10,555 bases of DNA, from positions 1-10,555 of the forward strand of contig JARRQT010000118.1 of NCBI GenBank assembly GCA_037381445.1. Direction: 5' to 3'. Shown piece by piece: positions 9,001 to 10,555 of the stretch (its first letter is position 1; every line of letters begins with the position of its first letter). The position numbers and the translations under genes are program-made. The notes under the pieces are model-generated. The model saw nothing but the letters and a program-made list of their open reading frames with translations. It searched no databases and was not told where the DNA came from. Origin of the DNA: Calditrichia bacterium (GTDB lineage: Bacteria; Calditrichota; Calditrichia; RBG-13-44-9).

Positions 9001-9103
9001 GTTTGTTTTTTACCGTCCCGGATATTTTGCCGGTAACACCTGCCTGCAGACCAGCAGGCAAAAAAATCAGTGCCAGCAAGAATATGACTAACTTTTTCAA
9101 CAT
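6068..9103 (-). CDS. TonB-dependent receptor with N-terminal carboxypeptidase-regulatory-like domain (1011 aa)
   Basis: Signal peptide; GKISGTV...PLPGVNITVEGT..GASTDLDGYY.I..VPPG (CarbopepD_reg-like); TonB-box-like EAIVVTA; plug motifs MRGGRSNETAFIIDG and IEEVQVQTGGFNAEYG; barrel motifs AYVQDKIE, SPRLGFAYPV, GNPNLKPEKTTSYEIG and PRQVRLGLRLEI. A GGAGG SD precedes the ATG at 9103. Confidence 0.96.
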   Translation of the reverse strand: MLKKLVIFLLALIFLPAGLQAGVTGKISGTVKNKQTSDPLPGVNITVEGTTLGASTDLDGYYVILQVPPGLHNITASYIGYKDITYQSVQVSADLTSNVNFDMEETALDLGEAIVVTAERPIVRKDETNTVDIRTAEEIRMMPIRNINGLASITAGSINDEGVVYMRGGRSNETAFIIDGVVQNEQLLGGNRTNLNTNSIEEVQVQTGGFNAEYGSIMSGLVAITTQAGSPHYHFSAEAVTDEFLPRDNNNFGAYSYAYNDYNFTMSGPLIPNYKKLTFFGSFQRFYRGDRDPRFGWADGKTYTFVDPYNIPVYETDSTGASVFSGMKNETLSTTLDQNIKPGNWENQLNFNGKLRWQLTNNFNIQFSGLVSIIKNQNTNLGNIDGQMDTYYRSRVSHMLVNSEHSPRTELNTKSLNMTFTHTINPTTFYNLRLGYYDSFRERGDGVFFNDIYAYGDPNKNPYMPLDPETGERIAGTPLNNTIALAWHGRGYLFNNYIKDKQIQYSANFDLTRQQGKNHLIKMGAEFRYGTIRWYSLGAYPGVSGLAAPFEGFTGSNEDWYQLFRNAARADYYGYDFYGNEANSGDWFENADGTIETGRPEAPKHPMIAAAYVQDKIEYNDLILNLGLRLDYLNPNDWQFKSLDNPYSSGGDPRSFDAADIEDSKVHTFLSPRLGFAYPVSENTIFHAQYGKFYQMPRLIDMYASKNYIDILLLDHPYYDNIGNPNLKPEKTTSYEIGVKQGLSTRAALNITAFYKETADLVRQESYTTDIQEIGFMFNNDFGTVKGLDVNFTMRQYHNFSASVNYALSFAVGTGSNSQTLRNIAWLQEENPKSTNPLDFDQRHTGTINLDYRLAENQGIMFAGMRPFSNTGVNFLFSFNSGRPYTKIAVVSEPFWSGGTGNQPISAINSNYSPWGYNLDMKIDKTFNLSAMNSKLNVYLWVLNVLNTKNEVNVYPFTGDVDNNGWLDSNEGRSWQQTASPSEIELYRKRENNPFNYNAPRQVRLGLRLEI

Positions 9104-9165
9104 AATTTGCCTCCATCACTTTTTGTACATATTCACAGGTTCTTTTATAGGTGATTAAAAATAAA

Positions 9166-9180
9166 TTACTCGAAATTCAT
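9166..9180 (-). other. Candidate 4-codon upstream ORF (M-N-F-E-stop) in the TBDR leader
   Basis: The minus strand reads AAAGGAGGT ATT ATG AAT TTC GAG TAA. It ends 62 nt before the TBDR ATG. Confidence 0.4.
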
Positions 9181-9529
9181 AATACCTCCTTTGTAACAGG
9201 GTTATGGATCGCTCTGCCTTTTTATTTAAAATACTATTGATGTATAAATTGAGCCTGGACTTAAGCAAACCATAAAAGATGGGAGCTTCCTGCCCGGAAA
9301 AACGTATATAGTGAATTTTTGAATTTGAATAATTTGCTTTTTCCCTTGTTGCCTAAAATAAACGATCCAATCTCCATTATACGAATGACGCTTTTATATT
9401 AATCGGAAGGGAATGATTTGTGAAGACAAAGTCTGTGAAAGGTCGCATAAATCGTTTAGCGGTTAAAAGAATCTATGAAAAGTATCACAATCGGCGAAAA
9501 GATAATTGGGTGAGTTGGAAGGTTTAGGT

Positions 9530-9584
9530 GGGGCCGTAATTCTTTTCTTTTTCTGTCCGGGAAGAAGATAAGAATTACTGCCTT
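9530..9584. repeat. ~25-bp near-perfect inverted repeat (stable hairpin) in the divergent intergenic region
   Basis: GGCCGTAATTCTTTTCTTTTTCT (9532-9554) pairs with GGAAGAAGATAAGAATTACTGCC (9560-9582), with 2 mismatches, 2 G-U pairs and a 5-nt loop. Two more G-U pairs extend it to 9530/9584. Confidence 0.85.
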
Positions 9585-9622
9585 AAACAATTTTTGAAAT
9601 GAAATGCAACAAATCCGGCACT

Positions 9623-9655
9623 TTTACCGTTTATCGATACTATTTTCCGTTTGGC
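9623..9655. promoter_or_regulatory. Candidate LytTR-family operator (direct repeat)
   Basis: TTTACCGTTTATC (9623-9635) and TTTTCCGTTTGGC (9643-9655) repeat with a 20-bp period and resemble the AlgR site ACCGTTCGTC. They lie next to a LytS-type kinase gene. Confidence 0.45.
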
Positions 9656-9852
9656 TAATTCTCATTTGAATAAACTGAGTTAATAATTATATTTAGTCAC
9701 GGAGAAGAGAAAATTTAAGGGCAGCCAGCGGGATTATATTTACGGCAAACAAGTCTTCCTTTATTTATAATCTCAATTTTATAGGGAACGATTTCACAAT
9801 CTTTCTAAATTTACAGCTGGGTTTTCATTTGAAAAATAAATCTTTTTCAGCG

Positions 9853-9866
9853 GATTAATATTAATC
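9853..9866. promoter_or_regulatory. Perfect 14-bp palindrome just upstream of the kinase start; possible operator
   Basis: GATTAATATTAATC is its own reverse complement and ends 6 nt before the ATG at 9873. Confidence 0.35.
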
Positions 9867-9872
9867 GGTAAA

Positions 9873-10555
9873 ATGTTTTCAATTATTGAACGAAAAACAA
9901 GTTACACTTTTTGGTTGCTGCAAATAACCGGTTGGCTATTATACTGGTTGTACTTCCTTTTTCTGGCTCATGTCAAATATCTGGTAAATTTCAGCACCCG
10001 GGTGGTTATCTGGACCTGGCTGATCTTTTTTTCAGGTTTATGGATCAGTCTTATCTTGCGTATCTTCTATAAAAACATAAACTACAAATCTCTGCCATTG
10101 TTTTCTCTTTCTCTTAATGTCCTGCTGGCGTCTTTTATTGGATCCCAATTCTGGATTGGTCTGGATTATGTCCTGGATCGTGTCATTTCCACGGAAAAAT
10201 ATCCTGCTGCCGTTTTTACCTTTGCCTATTACCTGCTCAACACCTTTTCCTGGTGGAGTGTTTTGGTTGCCTGGAGTGTGTTATATTTCTTTATAAAATT
10301 CTGGATAGAATGGCAACTGCAAAAGAAGCAGACCGAAAAATCAAATGAACTGGCACATAGTGCCCAATTGCAGATGCTGCGTTTTCAACTCAATCCGCAT
10401 TTTCTTTTCAACGCGCTCAATTCAATCCGTGCTCTAATCAAAGAAAATAAAACGCATGCAAAAGAAATGATAACCGAATTGTCCGAATTTCTGCGGTATT
10501 CATTGCTCAGCAAGAACTATCTGGATGTCCCCCTGGAAGATGAGATCGATGCCAT
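9873..10555 (+). CDS. LytS/YehU-family (His_kinase, PF06580-type) membrane sensor histidine kinase, 3'-truncated; absent from the ORF track because it has no stop in the window
   Basis: Manual translation from the ATG at 9873 (in-frame TAA upstream at 9837-9839): MFSIIERKTSYTFWLLQITGWLLYW..., about four hydrophobic TM segments, then WSVLYFFIKFW...AQLQMLRFQLNPHFLFNALNSIRALI...AKEMITELSEFLRYSL...VPLEDEI, the family's H-box signature. Confidence 0.95.
   Translation, partial: MFSIIERKTSYTFWLLQITGWLLYWLYFLFLAHVKYLVNFSTRVVIWTWLIFFSGLWISLILRIFYKNINYKSLPLFSLSLNVLLASFIGSQFWIGLDYVLDRVISTEKYPAAVFTFAYYLLNTFSWWSVLVAWSVLYFFIKFWIEWQLQKKQTEKSNELAHSAQLQMLRFQLNPHFLFNALNSIRALIKENKTHAKEMITELSEFLRYSLLSKNYLDVPLEDEIDA

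Noticed and set aside
1189..9158. Numerous short antisense or alternate-frame ORFs (e.g. 1966-2415, 3229-3876, 6572-6925, 4291-4548, 6055-6246)
   Set aside because: They are shadow ORFs of well-supported genes with no family motifs.
9263..9300. GCAAACCAT-AAAAG-ATGGGAGC resembles the P2 arm of a c-di-GMP-I riboswitch
   Set aside because: It lacks the GNRA tetraloop, the GCAAAG junction and P3, and it is on the strand opposite the TBDR leader.
9766..9771. TATAAT as a kinase promoter (similar hexamers at 634-639 and 9376-9381)
   Set aside because: No matching -35 at 16-18 bp, and the hexamer is expected by chance in AT-rich DNA, so it is not called as a promoter.
9104..9872. Cobalamin or TPP riboswitch, or Fur box, upstream of the TBDR
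   Set aside because: I found no B12 box, no TPP CUGAGA core in context and no convincing GATAATGATAATCATTATC match by eye. An Rfam scan would be decisive.
1..10555. CRISPR array, tRNA/rRNA, IS element or prophage
   Set aside because: No regularly spaced repeats, cloverleaf, rRNA-like sequence, or transposase/integrase motifs were seen.

Overview
Bacterial window that looks like FCB-group DNA (Calditrichota/KSB1/Ignavibacteria-like); this is inferred from the T9SS-type C-terminal domains and strong Shine-Dalgarno sites. The core is a minus-strand outer-membrane operon: a TonB-dependent receptor (6068-9103), a ~1,010-aa secreted protein with a T9SS-like C-terminal domain that is split by a +1 frameshift near 3782-3858 (2953-5998), and a PorV-family barrel (1867-2889). 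After an intrinsic terminator comes a TylM1/DesVI-like SAM methyltransferase (1015-1785). A LytS/YehU-family membrane histidine kinase missing from the ORF track is transcribed divergently (9873 to the window end). The ~770-bp spacer between them holds a 4-codon uORF with a perfect SD, a ~25-bp inverted repeat, candidate LytTR direct repeats and a 14-bp palindrome. At the left edge is a small convergent T9SS-cargo gene, followed by a hairpin-rich intergenic region. No tRNA, rRNA, CRISPR array or transposase was seen.
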